Below are positions 50,002 through 63,506 of a stretch of DNA of 64,000 nucleotides, piece after piece. Position numbers and translations under genes: made by a program. The DNA comes from Pavona decussata. Lineage: Eukaryota. Location: contig CDRNST010000015.1 of NCBI GenBank assembly GCA_977016875.1, forward strand, positions 3,038,001 through 3,102,000, written 5' to 3'. Below the pieces are notes generated by a model. It worked only from the letters and a program-made list of their open reading frames with translations. It did no database searches and was not told where the DNA came from. The stretch's first letter is position 1; each line of letters opens with the position of its first letter.

Positions 50002-50320
50002 NNNNNNNNNNNNNNNNNNNNNNNNNNNNNNNNNNNNNNNNNNNNNNNNNNNNNNNNNNNNNNNNNNNNNNNNNNNNNNNNNNNNNNNNNNNNNNNNNNN
50101 NNNNNNNNNNNNNNNNNNNNNNNNNNNNNNNNNNNNNNNNNNNNNNNNNNNNNNNNNNNNNNNNNNNNNNNNNNNNNNNNNNNNNNNNNNNNNNNNNNNN
50201 NNNNNNNNNNNNNNNNNNNNNNNNNNNNNNNNNNNNNNNNNNNNNNNNNNNNNNNNNNNNNNNNNNNNNNNNNNNNNNNNNNNNNNNNNNNNNNNNNNNN
50301 NNNNNNNNNNNNNNNNNNNN
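50002..50320. other. Assembly gap (N)
   Basis: Run of N. Confidence 1.
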
Positions 50321-50799
50321 CGATAAAAATTACAGCAAAGCTGTTGCGGTCGTGTTATGTGGTCGTGCAAATGAGGGAAACTGGAGTATGAGAGAACGAT
50401 TCACATGCTGATACACACATCACACTGATAACTTTGCAAAGAAAATGAAATAAAATGGCAAATTCTATGACCACACTGAAAAGGGACGAAATATTTACAC
50501 CCATGAACGATACCATCTTCCGATATGGGCCTGTTTTGGACACGAAAACTAAATTTTAACAGTGTGCAATGTTCCTCAATTTTTATTGACAATATTTTTT
50601 TGGAAAATAAGTCAATGACTGACTCTTTCGAGAATTGATTTTGTCTGAAGTTAAAACCTATTAATATAAAATAACACAAGAAGCACTGAGACATGTCCCA
50701 GATATGGTAAACATTTGAGTGACAGGGAAGTACATCTAATCTAGCGATGAAAATACATGGACTTTGAACATGATGCGGATTTAAGAATATCCTACATAC

Positions 50800-52600
50800 T
50801 AAGTGCAACAAGCTCTAGAGATACTAGAGACACCTTGGATATAGCAAAAGTTTCGAATGCTTTTTTTGGAGAAATACCACAAATCTGGGGAGGAATTAAT
50901 TTTGAAAAACAAATCATGTCCGAGGAACACTTTTTAGATCAACCATTATGGTATAATTCTCTCATAAGGATTGGTAATAAACCCGTTTTCTTCAAAGATT
51001 GGTTGGGAAAGGGTGTTACTAAGGTGAGACATTTACTAGGAAACGATAATAACACTTTTCTTCCCCTGAACGATTTTTGTCTAAAGTACAACCTGAACGT
51101 TCGCCCTCTCCGTTTTTATGGGATTGTAGCAGCCGTTAAATCCTTACAGAACTCCACTTGGCAAATTTCAAAGGACATTATACAAGACTGCAAGGTAGTT
51201 TTCGCGCTAGCATAGTAAACACCCAAAGAGCAAGTGCTCTCGTTTACAAGAAACTAGTAAATTAAATACTAAAAGCAAAACCACGGACATCAGTCAAAAG
51301 AAATGGCTCATCGGACTGTGAACTCGCAAAGAAGAAAAACATAAACTGGACGTCTGCTTACTGTTTGGCTAGACGTTGTACCAAAAACACTAAACTTATC
51401 GAATTCCATTTCAAATTCCTGCACAGACAAATGCCAACTAATCATTTTCTATGGAGTAAAATCGGGTTGCAGGAAAACACTAACTGTAGGTTTTGCAAAG
51501 ACACAACGGAAACATTAATTCATCTTTTCTGGTCATGTGAAAAAACATCATCTTTTTGGAATGATGTAACCGAATAGTTGAGGAAAGCTCATTTGATGTC
51601 CGAAGACTTAACAATGGAAAACAAAATAAATTACTGTCTCCTGTTAGTCCTGATATCATATATGGTTTGCTAAAACAAAAGCAAAACTTCCCGGCAGCCT
51701 TTTGCAATACCTTCATCTACTGAAATCAAAGTATGAGCTAGAATCAAACAGTGGGGACAGCAGAAAATGAGAACCTCTTGGAGATTTTGTATGTGTGAGA
51801 ACATATAATTACTGTTAATTTCCCCTAACTTCTCCCCCCTCCACTTCCTACTTCCCTGTCATGTGAAATAACATCATCTTTTTGGAATCATGTAACCGAA
51901 TAGTTGAGGAAAGCTCATTTGATATCCGAAGACTTTACAATGGAAAACACTATCGCCTTGGGGCTGAGGCCGGCACTTCAAAATTTGCACTCCAAATAAA
52001 TTACTGTCTCCTGTTAGCTCTGATATCATATATGGTTAGCTAAAACAAAAGCAAACCTTCACAAACTTTTGCAATACCTTCATCTACTGAAATCAAAGTA
52101 TGAGCTAGAATCAAACAGTGGGGGCAGTAGAAAATGGGAAGCTCTTGGAGATTTTGTATGTGTGAGAACATCTAATTACTATTAATTTTCCCTAACTTCT
52201 CCCCCCCTCCACTTCCTACTTCCCTGTCATGTGAAATAACATCATCTTTTTGGAATGATGTAACCGAGTAGTTGAGGAAAGCTCATTTGATATCCGAAGA
52301 CTTTACAATGGAAAACACTATCGCCTTGGGGCTGAGGTCGGACACTTCAAAATTTGCACTCCAAATAAATTACTGTCTCCTGTTAGCCCGATATCATATA
52401 TGCCGTTAGCTAAAACAAAAGCAAAACTTCACGGCCTTTTGCAATATCTGCATCTACTGAAATCAAGGTATGAGCTAGAATCAAACAGTGGGGACAGCAG
52501 AAAATGGGAACCTCTTGGAGATTTTAAATCAGTGTGAGAACATCTAATTACTATTAATTTTCCCTAACTTCTCCCCCCTCCACTTCCTACTTCCCTGGCA
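50800..52600 (+). mobile_element. 5'-truncated, decayed L1/Tx1-clade LINE (ORF2 C-terminus with zf-RVT) with its 3' end triplicated
   Basis: QPLWYNSLIRIGNKPVFFKDWLGKGV..., FHFKFLHR..TN..L.KIG....CRFC...ETLIHLFWSC; tandem units start at 51532, 51858 and 52226. Confidence 0.85.
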
Positions 52601-54651
52601 TTTTACTTAAGTTTACGTGTATTATTTCTAAGACATGTAAAACTGTTTTGCACAATTTTAGTTTTGGAAGCTGTATTTACAATTTCACAATACAATATAC
52701 TTGCAATTTGTTACAATACTAATAATATTTACAGTGCACTGATAAGGACGCAGTTTACAACATGTATATCAAAATTGGGTCAAGGGCCCGATAGGTATTT
52801 TAGTCAAATTCATTTTTTGTCGATTGGTGACAATTTTAGCACAAACTTACCAATATGTTATTAGCTTTCAAAATCAAATAAAGAATGAATCCTTACCTAG
52901 GAACATTGTGCATTCCATAGTTTTTGCCCGAATAAACGATGATCCCTTTGTTCCATGGGTCCAGACCGCGTTTATTATTCTTACGCAGTCTATATGCCCA
53001 CGGTCCCCAACTAGCAACAAAACACGAATTCCAGCCAACTACTATCTATGGTTTAAGAGCAGTGTATGAACCTTCTCCAGTCTCTACCTGTTTCACAAAA
53101 TGCATGCACGCTCGCATGTACAACAAGAATACTTTGATACGCGCCACTTTTTTACGGGTCTGTGCCCAATTTTTGCTTACGTAGCATAAATTTGCCTGTA
53201 TAAGAGACAATGCAAAATTGTTTATATATCTTTTTTATCTTAAAAATAAAATAACTAAGAACCTTAAGCCCCAGTTTTCGATAAAATACGGATCTAAATC
53301 ACTAGCAAACCAGTTCCACTATTTTATTTACTAGATCCAAAATCACTTTGTTCATGCGCGTCGCGCATAGTGTCTGAATGCCTTTTCTAAGCGGCTGTCA
53401 ACTGGTTTAACTGGGTTGTACGAGTTTTTCATTATTACCCTTGTAAATATTTTGCTGGCAGAGTTTCAACTGTGCGAATATCACAGCATATAGCACAAAA
53501 GTGTACATGGCTTCACTTGCGACAATTAAAGCAATAAATAATAAACATTGCGGACTAAATCCACTACGTCTGCTTATCACGCGTTTTAGACATCGCTAAA
53601 CAAAAAATCTTGTCAGTCGTCAGCCTTGGCATGTAGCGAGGGTTCTCCATATCAAATCTCGGGTCGTATATTTACAAACAAGGGTTTCTCCTGACCTTTT
53701 AATAATGTAGTGGAGTGCGTGATTTTAAACTTTGAAATTAAAGCTGTAAAGCAGTATTTTTGACGGGGTTGCCGTTCAATAACATTTTTACGCGGGATGC
53801 CCTGAGGGGGCATACCGTGTCTAAAAACGGGACGATTTCTTTTTCTTCGTCGTAGCTTCAAATCGGTACATTAATTTATTCATTAAACTCACCCCTCTCC
53901 TACTCGGGGTGTATTGTTCTGATTGTCTTCAACAGAAGCAGGCCAATCAAAATCCATTCTTGTCGCTTACATCGCGAGGGAGGGGACCCACTCACCCCTA
54001 CCTGTGTGACGTCAACGCATCATTTGATCTATTTATTAAAAACGGATTAAATTTGGGGCCATATTGTTTATAACATGTTCTGGACTCAAGTGTGCCGTTT
54101 TCAAACGGAAATTTCACCATTTTGAAGCGGCAAATCGAAAGAATAACTTCTAAGAAGCACTCGAAATTTAAAACGGTAGAAATTGGTGAGTTCATGGCGA
54201 AGGAATCGTGCTTTGTTTGACAGTCCTTGACCACGACGCGAGACTAAAAAGAGGTCATTGAGAAGCTTACGTGATCGTAATGGAATTCCACACATTTCCG
54301 GTGAAAGTCTGAGTCGCGTAACACAAGGAAAACAACGTAACGCGATCGTCGTGACTCAAACTATTCCATTAGCAAGGATAGTTTTATCAATCGGCGAAGC
54401 ATACAGTTGGAAAAAATGAATCAGCCCCAGCATCACGCGTAATGCCAGTAAAGCAGGCATCTTGTTTAAATCAATGCTGTACAATGTGGTTCTAACTTTT
54501 GATTCTTAAATTAAACTGAGTAAAGGTAATGATTTCCTGTGATGCTATTTATAACACTGAGCAGGTCGGTTCTAGCTTTGGAGTCTGGACAAGAAATCAT
54601 AAAATGTCACCCCTCAAGTGAGTGCGCTTTTGGGAATGAAAGGCGTTTGTC

Positions 54652-55713
54652 CTAATAATATGGTTCGCACTGCCAGTAATGTAAAATACATTTTGCGCCT
54701 CCACCTTTAGCAGCAAACAAAGTCGACTTTCCCCGGCATTCACACTCGTACTGTCTGAAATTGTTAGAGTTAATCTGGCTTTTTAAGTTATATTCGGAGG
54801 CTCCTACTGTTGAGCAAGTAGCGCCAATAATTCTGTATCCTTCTTGCTCAGTTACAATCACGTTTCCGACCGATGACTCGTCCACAGTAAACGGGACACT
54901 CTCTTCGCTCATGTAGCGACACAATGTCATATTCCCGGAGCCTATCTTTCCCGTTCGTCCGTCCAAACCAGTGTCACCTTTAACGCCAGTTTGTGGTCCT
55001 TGGTAGTTGCTAATGTTAAACGTTGTACCATTGAAGACGAACACGCGATAGCTTGCCTTTCTCTGTAACTCTGCGATCTTGCCATCGAGCTCTAAGTCTT
55101 GCATTTGTAGATCCAAGATTGTTTCGTCTCTCTTTTTCAACGCCGAGTTCAAACGGCCCATGCTAGTCTTCAGTTCTTTGATCACCTTCCACAACCGTCT
55201 TTGGGAAGTTTCAGAGGATTTCGAAGCGTCGTGTCCAAGCACGAGATCCTTCTTACACTCGTTACATTTTCCACTGGGAACTGCTCCAGCCATAAGCAAA
55301 ACAACCAAGATTATCGCAACGATGGTTAGTAAAAACCCAGCGAAAGCCAAAATCTTGAAGCCTCCTGGAAGCGCCCGATGACGATTTCCATCGGTACAGT
55401 CGGCGGTTTCACCGGCTTTTTTCCCTCTCTTGTTCTGCGTGTTCTCGGCTGCGTTGTTTGGATCTTGACGAGAGGAACCGGTTTCTCGATTTCGGCTGCG
55501 AATATCAACGGGTTCTTCGTATTGGTGGCAGACGTCTTCGCTAAAATCTCGCTCATCCATGTTTTCGTAAGATTGTTGGCGAGTTGGTTTCTGTTTTTGA
55601 GGCACTCGCTCTTGAAGTTCAATGTCGCCATTCGTGATGTTTTCATCCGTTCCTGTCGGAGAATACTGCCCTCTTTTAGTTAACAGTCCTGAGCGAGAAT
55701 TCCCGCTAGCCAT
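54652..55713 (-). CDS. Type II membrane collagen-domain protein, paralogue 3 (353 aa, divergent)
   Basis: Same architecture (SYENM, YEEP, FKILAFAG TM, CNECKK, coiled coil, about 6 Gly-X-Y, GNMTLC..ATCST.G.SEYNLKS..RQYECECRG..CILHYWQC). Acceptor-like ttatccag at 55745 upstream of the ATG. Confidence 0.88.
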   Translation of the reverse strand: MASGNSRSGLLTKRGQYSPTGTDENITNGDIELQERVPQKQKPTRQQSYENMDERDFSEDVCHQYEEPVDIRSRNRETGSSRQDPNNAAENTQNKRGKKAGETADCTDGNRHRALPGGFKILAFAGFLLTIVAIILVVLLMAGAVPSGKCNECKKDLVLGHDASKSSETSQRRLWKVIKELKTSMGRLNSALKKRDETILDLQMQDLELDGKIAELQRKASYRVFVFNGTTFNISNYQGPQTGVKGDTGLDGRTGKIGSGNMTLCRYMSEESVPFTVDESSVGNVIVTEQEGYRIIGATCSTVGASEYNLKSQINSNNFRQYECECRGKSTLFAAKGGGAKCILHYWQCEPYY

Positions 55714-57924
55714 GATCGGTATAGTTCACACGAAGTAATCCTTTCTGGATAAGATAAATTAGACAATTGTCATGAAAATTAGGTATGTCTTGAAATTAAC
55801 TTGCCTGAACTTTGTTCAACGAAACCGAGAGGAACACATCACACATCAACTGACTGTCACACATTTTCGGACAAATTTAGGTCAAACAAAAAAGGAAGTG
55901 ACGAAATATCCTGAAACATGATCGAACAGGACGGTCATGTGTAAAAACAAAACCTTGGACTGCACTTTGGTACTTTACACTTTGTCGGCGGAATATTTTC
56001 TGGCGCAAACACTCAAGGTCATCCAATAAATCAGCCAAGATATTTGCATCAACCCTGGTCCCTACAATTTTCTAGTTTATGCCAGTTATCTACAATCTGT
56101 GGTCTGAAATGTTTGCCCTCTTTACGCCAAACTCTCGTTAACATGGCGATACAAAAAGGTTTATTTTGATTGGTGCACATTTAGGTCAAAGGCGAACGGT
56201 AATTAAGGCAACCCCAAGAACTGCGAAGTCATGATAATCTAGGAACGAGAACGGACAACTCTCATCAGCTGTGCCTAAAAACCTAAAAATAGTTTAAAAT
56301 ACTTGGATTTGTTAAGTGAGCAGTTTCGGTTTCACAGTCTCAGGTTTTGGGACTCGTTAAACTACTGAAAGTGCAAATTCCAACATCTTTTCGCTTACTA
56401 AGCATTAATTATGGGGATGAAAAAGGAACCCCTATCGCGGGCGGAGCCTGCCCTCCGTATAGCCCACCTAAGAGAAGTGCCCCTTCCCCACTCCCATGAG
56501 TTAAACGCATTCATGCACTCAAACACCATCTCCTTTGCCACGACAACTGTGGTTTAGCTTACAATTGGTCAAATATAAATCTCGTCATACATGCCACCTG
56601 TGTACCATATATGCCCTGTGGAAGTGGTCAAAACTACTATACTCGAACAGGACCCACGAAACCACAACTGAAATAGATGGTTGCCCCTGCCGGCACCCCC
56701 CTTCCTCAGCCTCAAAAGATGGTGTTTTTAATGTATAGCCCGCCCCTCTATCCAGCAGTAAAAAAATGACAGTGAGATTCAAACCTCACTTTTCTTGTTT
56801 ATCTAGCCATATTGACTCTTGCTAGCTGAATATTTTTGTGTCAACTCAAATTTTAAAGCCAATATATTAATTTTTTCTCGTGAGTGTTCATGAGACAAGT
56901 GGTGTCTTCGATAACCCCCCTACCACAGACAAGGTTCCGATGGGTCCTCTTCGAACAAACTTGTTACGACCAGTTCCCTTAGATATGTAAGATACCGATT
57001 CTAGATTTGGAAGCACACGCTGGCGCTAGAAAGAGACTGACGGGCACGGCTCCTGAACCAGCCGCCCTCCCGATAGATAGGGAGGGATTTGTTTACATTC
57101 AGTCAAGATCAATTAATCGTTTTGCTGTGTTCAGTCTTACCTAATATACTCTTGGCAAACTTCCCGCATTCAGTTATCGAGCTGACAGAATTATATTTAC
57201 AAGGTTTTTAATTCAAATAACAAAATTGATCAGCGCGGGTGAAAATGAGGAGGCCAGCACCCTTTAAAGATACCGAGCTTTTGCACTTTATCGTGTAGAA
57301 ACGGAATAATGTCGTTTTAAGTGAGATACTATGTCTGTAAGTGCCTTGATTGCAATACTCTACAGACCAAAGACGAGCGTTCGATCCTTTAATTAAAGCC
57401 CTCTAGGCAAGCTGTTCTGTCCGCACGCGACAGGCTGTCCTCAAGAACTCCAGATAATAAGTTAGCTGAAGTCAGCTTTACTTGCCGCGTCTTTCTCACG
57501 CGGATCTTCTGAAAAAAGCAAAAATTATATTCAGAATAAACAGTGCAAGAAGTCTTTCAGTCAAAACCTTCGACGGGGAAACAAAGTAGCAAAACAAAGT
57601 TCACAATCAATGGCTAAACAGAGTTCATGAACAAAGTTCAAAGTACCTGTTCATAGTCCAATCCTTTACCTAGTCCACAGTCCAGTCCTCGTACCAGTGA
57701 CCTTTTCCAAAGAAGTCGGAACGCAGTTTTTGTCACGAAAACAAACCATGGGTCATTTTAGGTGAAGTGAGATTTACGTTCCTGGGCGTAGTAGCTCCCT
57801 ATCCCGTTTCTCTGTGACCGAGTGACCTGTTTCGTGTTGTTTTCCTTTTAGCGGATGGGAGATGATCTTCCAGTTTTATAAGAAAATACTTTACCTTTGG
57901 GGTCTAGAAAAAACTGTTAGCTAG

Positions 57925-58309
57925 TAGCCTGCGCTAACAGACGCCTTTCCGGATTTTTTTCACCCGCTGCGTGTGAAAAAAAATCCGGAAAAGGCGTCTG
58001 CTCTCGCGGGCTAACTTAGCCTCCTACGCAGGACAGAGGTTTTTTGCATTTGGCTCGTCACGTCACGCATTCCTCCCCACGGGACGTGACGCGCGAAAGA
58101 ACTTCTGCGTTAAGGCTAGACTCCAAGCAGTCCCTTTCTGGATAGTCGAGAGGTCGCGCGAAATAGCCGAGCGCGAAAAAACTGGAGCGAACGAGCGGAG
58201 GGAGGCCAGGCGGGAAAAGTCTCTGAACCGTTTATTTCTCCTCGCTCCAGTCTCGCTGCGCTGTGAGCGCACCCTCTCGACTAACCAGAGAGGGACTACT
58301 TGCAGTCTA
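57925..58309. mobile_element. Cluster of three short TAG...CTA hairpin MITEs (57925-58013, from 58017, and 58117-58309)
   Basis: Each has self-complementary arms, e.g. tagactccaagcagtccctttctggatagtcgagagg / cctctcgactaaccagagagggactacttgcagtcta. Confidence 0.7.
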
Positions 58310-58315
58310 GGTTAA

Positions 58316-59697
58316 AGGGAGAGTTTCACGGTTCGGCGCATGTGCGAGCGATAACGTTAGCGCTGTCAAGCCAATTGTTTTTGGACCAATTAGAAGCGAG
58401 TACACAACACCGACGGGATACGGCGGGCAAGTCTAATAAATTGCTGGTATAAAAATAAAACTGACCGGCCAGTGTTTTGGTTACGTTTCAGAAAGAAACA
58501 AAAAGGCTGTCCATGTAAAACACATGGGGATTTTTGCAGGGCCGCTTTGTGAATGTCCCATGACTTTCAAGAAATGCCAGACCTTTTGCGAACGCATACG
58601 GTTTTATTTTAGTACAATGTCGATATCTCGCGGCATCGACCTTTTTTTATTACGCGCGGTTCGAAAAGCCGAGAAGCTCCCTCAAACTTACGTACTTAAA
58701 TCCAGTATTTCATCAGCATTCAGTGATAAACTTACTATAGTGTGTACGCTCGATAGCCTGATTTTATCAGACCAGCGGGAAGGCGAAGAACGAGAAATCC
58801 GCAAGCTTCGAGAAGCGATGCGACCGTTTAGTAACAACAACACTAGTACTGAGCGTCCTTCGGAGATGCTGGAATGCATTTGAGAAAACTCTGCCATGGT
58901 GGCAAATCAAAACTGCGTTTGCCATTCGCAATGACCATAATTTTATAGATAAATGAATACCTTACAATAGATTTTGTAGTTTGCCGCAAATCTTTTGGAT
59001 TTTTTTTTTCTACTGCGCGCTATTCGAGCCCGCTAATAGACGACTACAACTAACTCGCACATTTGATCTCATATTTATTCGCTTCGCGTCTCAGTGTTGT
59101 ACAATTTTTTTTCCATCCAAAGCAAAACACTGATCTTTGATGCTGTTTGTCCGTCAAATTCTCCGTTTTTGACAGTTGACTTCCCTATGAACAAACAATA
59201 CGATTGAAATCTAGAAAATTCTCGCGAGTTCATCCAAAGCCAGTTGGTGACCTTTGCCATTTCCAGCGAAAGCAGATGTGCCGCGAAATCGTTGCCTATT
59301 TTAAACAGACTTATCTCTTTACCAATTTTCCACGTTTGGTGGACGTATCTAAACCACACAGGATTTCTACATCCACTCCACTCTGTCCGCTCTGTGCTTC
59401 CAGAGAGTCCACAGAACGTCCCGTCGCCGGTCGGCCGCGACGTCTCCTTGCCGATCCATCGACAAAAATGTCGTTTTCGGATGCTAAAACACTTTTAACC
59501 TTACAAAAATGGAACTTATATTTACAACAGGAAACAAAGATTATAAAAAGTGAAGAACGAAGAGCGGATGATCCAAATTCGGGCGCGATTTCACCAGGTT
59601 GTTCCACCACAAGTTCGCATCGAATTTAGTGTCGACCCGTACAATTTATTTTTGAGCCCGTCTGCTCGCGCATGCGCTTGACCGTGAAACTCGGCCT
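58316..59697. mobile_element. Non-autonomous Kolobok-like element with TTAA TSD
   Basis: ttaa|agggagagtttcacggttcggcgcatgtgcgagc ... gctcgcgcatgcgcttgaccgtgaaactcggcct|ttaa. Confidence 0.8.
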
Positions 59698-60892
59698 TTA
59701 AGGCTACAGCTACGGTAGCTAGTGCAGTGATACCAAAAGATTAAGAATGCTAGTTGCGGGTTAACGTTACCAGTGCTCTACCTACAACTGAAATTGAATG
59801 GAGAGTAAGGAACAGAAATGGGCATGCAGTTAGCACAATGTCGCTTCCGCTCGAGGGATATTGTTAGCAACCTTCAGATTTGACTGCGAGTACGAGATTG
59901 AGTACGAGTACGATTTTTCAAATCTAGTTTGCGTGGTTTAGATAATCACTTGCCTGTGTAGAAGCAATCTTGCTTCTAGATTGTTGGTAAACAACAGGAA
60001 GGAGCCAGAGTTTTGGGGACGCGACTGATTTGAAATTTAAAAGTCGTACTCGTACTCCATCTCGTTCTCCTTCTCTGATCTGAAGGTCCCTATTCTGATT
60101 GAAAGGCGCCTGCGCATGCGCACGGAAACGGCTCAGACCACTGACTACCGGCCAAGCATTGAGGCAATCAGTAATCAAGCCTTAGCAAGGCCTGATACTC
60201 AGGTTGGTAGTAATCACACACTTCTGCGGTCGTTTGACTATCCTCAAGGAAACTAATGCTGAATTTTTCGCGCTTGAATTGGACCCCTCTCTCATCATGT
60301 GTATGAAGATACGCTCTTTCAAGACTTTTAAATCTTAAAAGTGTACGTAAATATCTTTCTGACAAACATTGCAATATCTTTTTCCTTTTGTTTTTTTCAG
60401 TGCCAGTTTAGTCCATCACTTACATATAAATAGATTTGTAGCTGATACATACATGCAAATAATGTTACTTAATTATAGAAGTTGCAATAAAACAACCGAT
60501 ATATAACTCGTTCCCTTCACCTCTGCATCTAGTGCGGCTACAATCAGATCTATTGCTGCTACAATGATATGTCTTTTATCAGTAAATTGTTTTTCTTCAT
60601 CTCTTTGTTCGATTCGTTTCCTTCCTGGTTTAGTCTTAGCTTCTGTAAGTTTTTCTCGACTGTCTGCATATGCAGCGTCATCATAGCACAGCATTCATGT
60701 CCGTGGCGCGCCCTAATGGATCGGTTTCAAAGTATCATATTAACATCGCTGACAAAGCATTTCGAAACCAGAATAGACCTAGTACAAAAATCATTGAACA
60801 TTTTATAGTCTAACACTGCGTAACATGATTTTCGACGCACATCTCACATGAAAATTGGAGGAACAGCCTTCCATCTATCGTCAGAGCCATTA

Positions 60893-61136
60893 AGCCCTGA
60901 TCAAACGGTGATGATTGTTGGAACGCGCGCTCTCGTTTGACCACCAACTATCACGCGCAATCATCGACAATCACGCGGTTTGAGCGTGTTCAAATTCTTC
61001 ATGATTGTTGATGATAATGAAGAATTTGAACACGCATAAACTGCGTGATTGTCGATGATTGCGCGTGATGGTTGGTGGTCAAACGAGAGCGCGCGTTCCA
61101 ACAATCATCAACAATCATCACCGTTTGACAAGGGCT
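60893..61136. mobile_element. Nearly perfectly palindromic PIF/Harbinger MITE with TTA TSD
   Basis: tta|agccctgatcaaacgg...ccgtttgacaagggct|tta; ~115-bp arms. Confidence 0.85.
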
Positions 61137-61257
61137 TTAGATCTCGGCTTTTACTAATTTTAGAAATGAGATAGACCGCCAATTGTCCTCCTCGTACTCC
61201 CACACGGCAAACATGTAAATCAGTTTTATTTTTAAATTTTTATCTTGTGACTGATGT

Positions 61258-61410
61258 NNNNNNNNNNNNNNNNNNNNNNNNNNNNNNNNNNNNNNNNNNN
61301 NNNNNNNNNNNNNNNNNNNNNNNNNNNNNNNNNNNNNNNNNNNNNNNNNNNNNNNNNNNNNNNNNNNNNNNNNNNNNNNNNNNNNNNNNNNNNNNNNNNN
61401 NNNNNNNNNN
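61258..61410. other. Assembly gap (N)
   Basis: Run of N. Confidence 1.
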
Positions 61411-61542
61411 TCGACGCAAGGAACAATAGATTTGAGTAAAAGATTCACGAGTTTATTAATCACGCGGTAGAAACGAATGAAAACGAGAACGAGTAACACT
61501 GAATACAAAAGTAGGAAAAGCTACAATAAGCTACAAATAATA

Positions 61543-62473
61543 CCGTGTAGCATGAAAATTTTGCGGGTTCCAATTTTTGCGGATTTTGCGGATTGACCTC
61601 GATCCGCAAAAATTAGTTCCCGCAGAAAAAAACACCCGCAAAATAAAATGCCGCAAAAATTAACTCCCTTCAGTCAAATTTTAAAACTCCGCTTTAGTAG
61701 ACTTATGCCACTGGAGCAATATACATTGGACTTAAACAAGAACATTAACATGATTTTCCATTGAATAAAGCAACTAGAGCTGTCAAGAGTAAAGCAATTC
61801 AGTACATTAGATTGGCACGAATGGGTCATCTGAAGGAAAGTACAGACTTGAATCGTGCAGCAGACCAACCATGTTCTGGTGGCGCTTTTGCGGTGGCCTG
61901 CACAGAAGTTCAGAAGTTCAACTGAACAAGAGTGCTATTATTATCGACCGAGTTTTTCTCATTGCGTTACAATGGGGCATAGTTTTGCATTTTAGCAGGC
62001 CGCTCTCAGTTAGGTCTCAAAGTACATCTTTCACTCGAAAGCCCCTCTGTATGCATAGAAAGGTTTCAGCTACGGTAATTCAAACATTCATACTGCTTTC
62101 TTATAAAATAATATACGGTAATACCGTCGTGACAAACCATATTAACGAAACAGTGTTTGGCTGTGCATGGTAGGGGTGGGATTTTTGTTTTGTTGTTGTT
62201 CAGTCCCTTTGGGCAGTAAGGTATTACAGTGATGTGCCTTTATTAAATATGTAACTAGAGTGAACTGTGACTCAATTGACTGTGTACAATAAAAATTTGA
62301 AAATATTCAGGTTTCTTCCACTTAAATATTCTGCTGCTTGAACCAGAGCATCGCAAAAATTAGTTCCAAGCAGAAATTTCAGTCATCTCGAACCGCAAAA
62401 ATTTGTTCCCGCAAACTACAAAAAATCGGCAATCCGCAAAATAAAACTCCCGCAAAATTTTCATGCTACACGG
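61543..62473. mobile_element. Tc1/mariner-type non-autonomous element with TA TSD
   Basis: ta|ccgtgtagcatgaaaattttgcggg ... cccgcaaaattttcatgctacacgg|ta, perfect TIR. Confidence 0.88.
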
Positions 62474-63506
62474 TATGTACAAGCTAAAAATAATACTACA
62501 AGTAAACAAGACTAAAGAACTAATCAAAAACGGGTTTTAAACAATGTCAACAATGCTAAATTGGTGCAAAAATAGCAGACAAAAAGGTACTTGACAAACA
62601 GGAAATCGAGTTACAAAAGCTGTGAACATTCAATGAGAGTTACATGAGATAGTAAACTAACAATAACAAGAAGCTCGAGCTACAATGTTTACACAATAAT
62701 ACTGTAGTCACAAATATGGAACAGTAAATGCACAGAATTATAAAGAAAACCGGCTGAAATAGATAAAAATGCATTTGGAGTCATGGAAACAATTACTAGT
62801 AACAACAAGGATAAAAGGTAAGCGAATTATACCATTATTACTGGACAAAAAACAGTGAAATAAACTAACAGAACCATACTAAAAGGTCAAACAAATAATA
62901 ATCCGGACAGAAATCTAGTAAAAAACAACTGAATAATGCTCAAAAAAACTAAGTGAACAAACTAAATAATAAGCGAACCAAGACTGTCTGGAAAATATAA
63001 GAGAAAGCTAAATGTGCTACATACCAAGGGTTATTGATAAATTATAAACATCTGAATTACGACTTGGGGACCTCATTCCTGCTTGGTGACTTGCTCTTGT
63101 GAAACCGACTAATGAACTAAACAAACTGAGCCAAAAGGAGGCTAACTTATAGTCTAGTAGTCTAAAGAACAAAATCTAAACCATAACCTACTAAAACAGG
63201 ATACGTGGGAGTAACTATTACATAACAAACTAAGGTGTGTGATGAAACCAGAAAATTCAGGAAAATCACTAAGTAATGATTAATTCAAAATAATTAAACA
63301 ATGCAAAAATAATTTGGACTTGAAACTAAAATAGACTTTATGTGACACGGTCACACATGTATAAAAACATGTTGTCCCGACGCAGGAATCAAACCCACAT
63401 TTCCCCGGATGCTTGTCAGGCGCGATGAACTCCCCACCTTCGTGTGAACCAGCAGCCCGATGAGAGCATACCGTAAATGATTAAAATCTGTAGACTGACT
63501 GCGGCC

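Larger units (their letters stand above)
61246..63355 (-). mobile_element. Possible solo LTR or other repeat (tgtgac...gtcaca), interrupted by an N-gap and a MITE
   Basis: Short inverted ends, strongly A-rich plus strand, aataaa on the minus strand near 61455; no matching TSD. Confidence 0.3.

Noticed and set aside
49912-50411. ORFs spanning N runs (also 25298-25694 and 61137-61508)
   Set aside because: Artefacts of assembly gaps.
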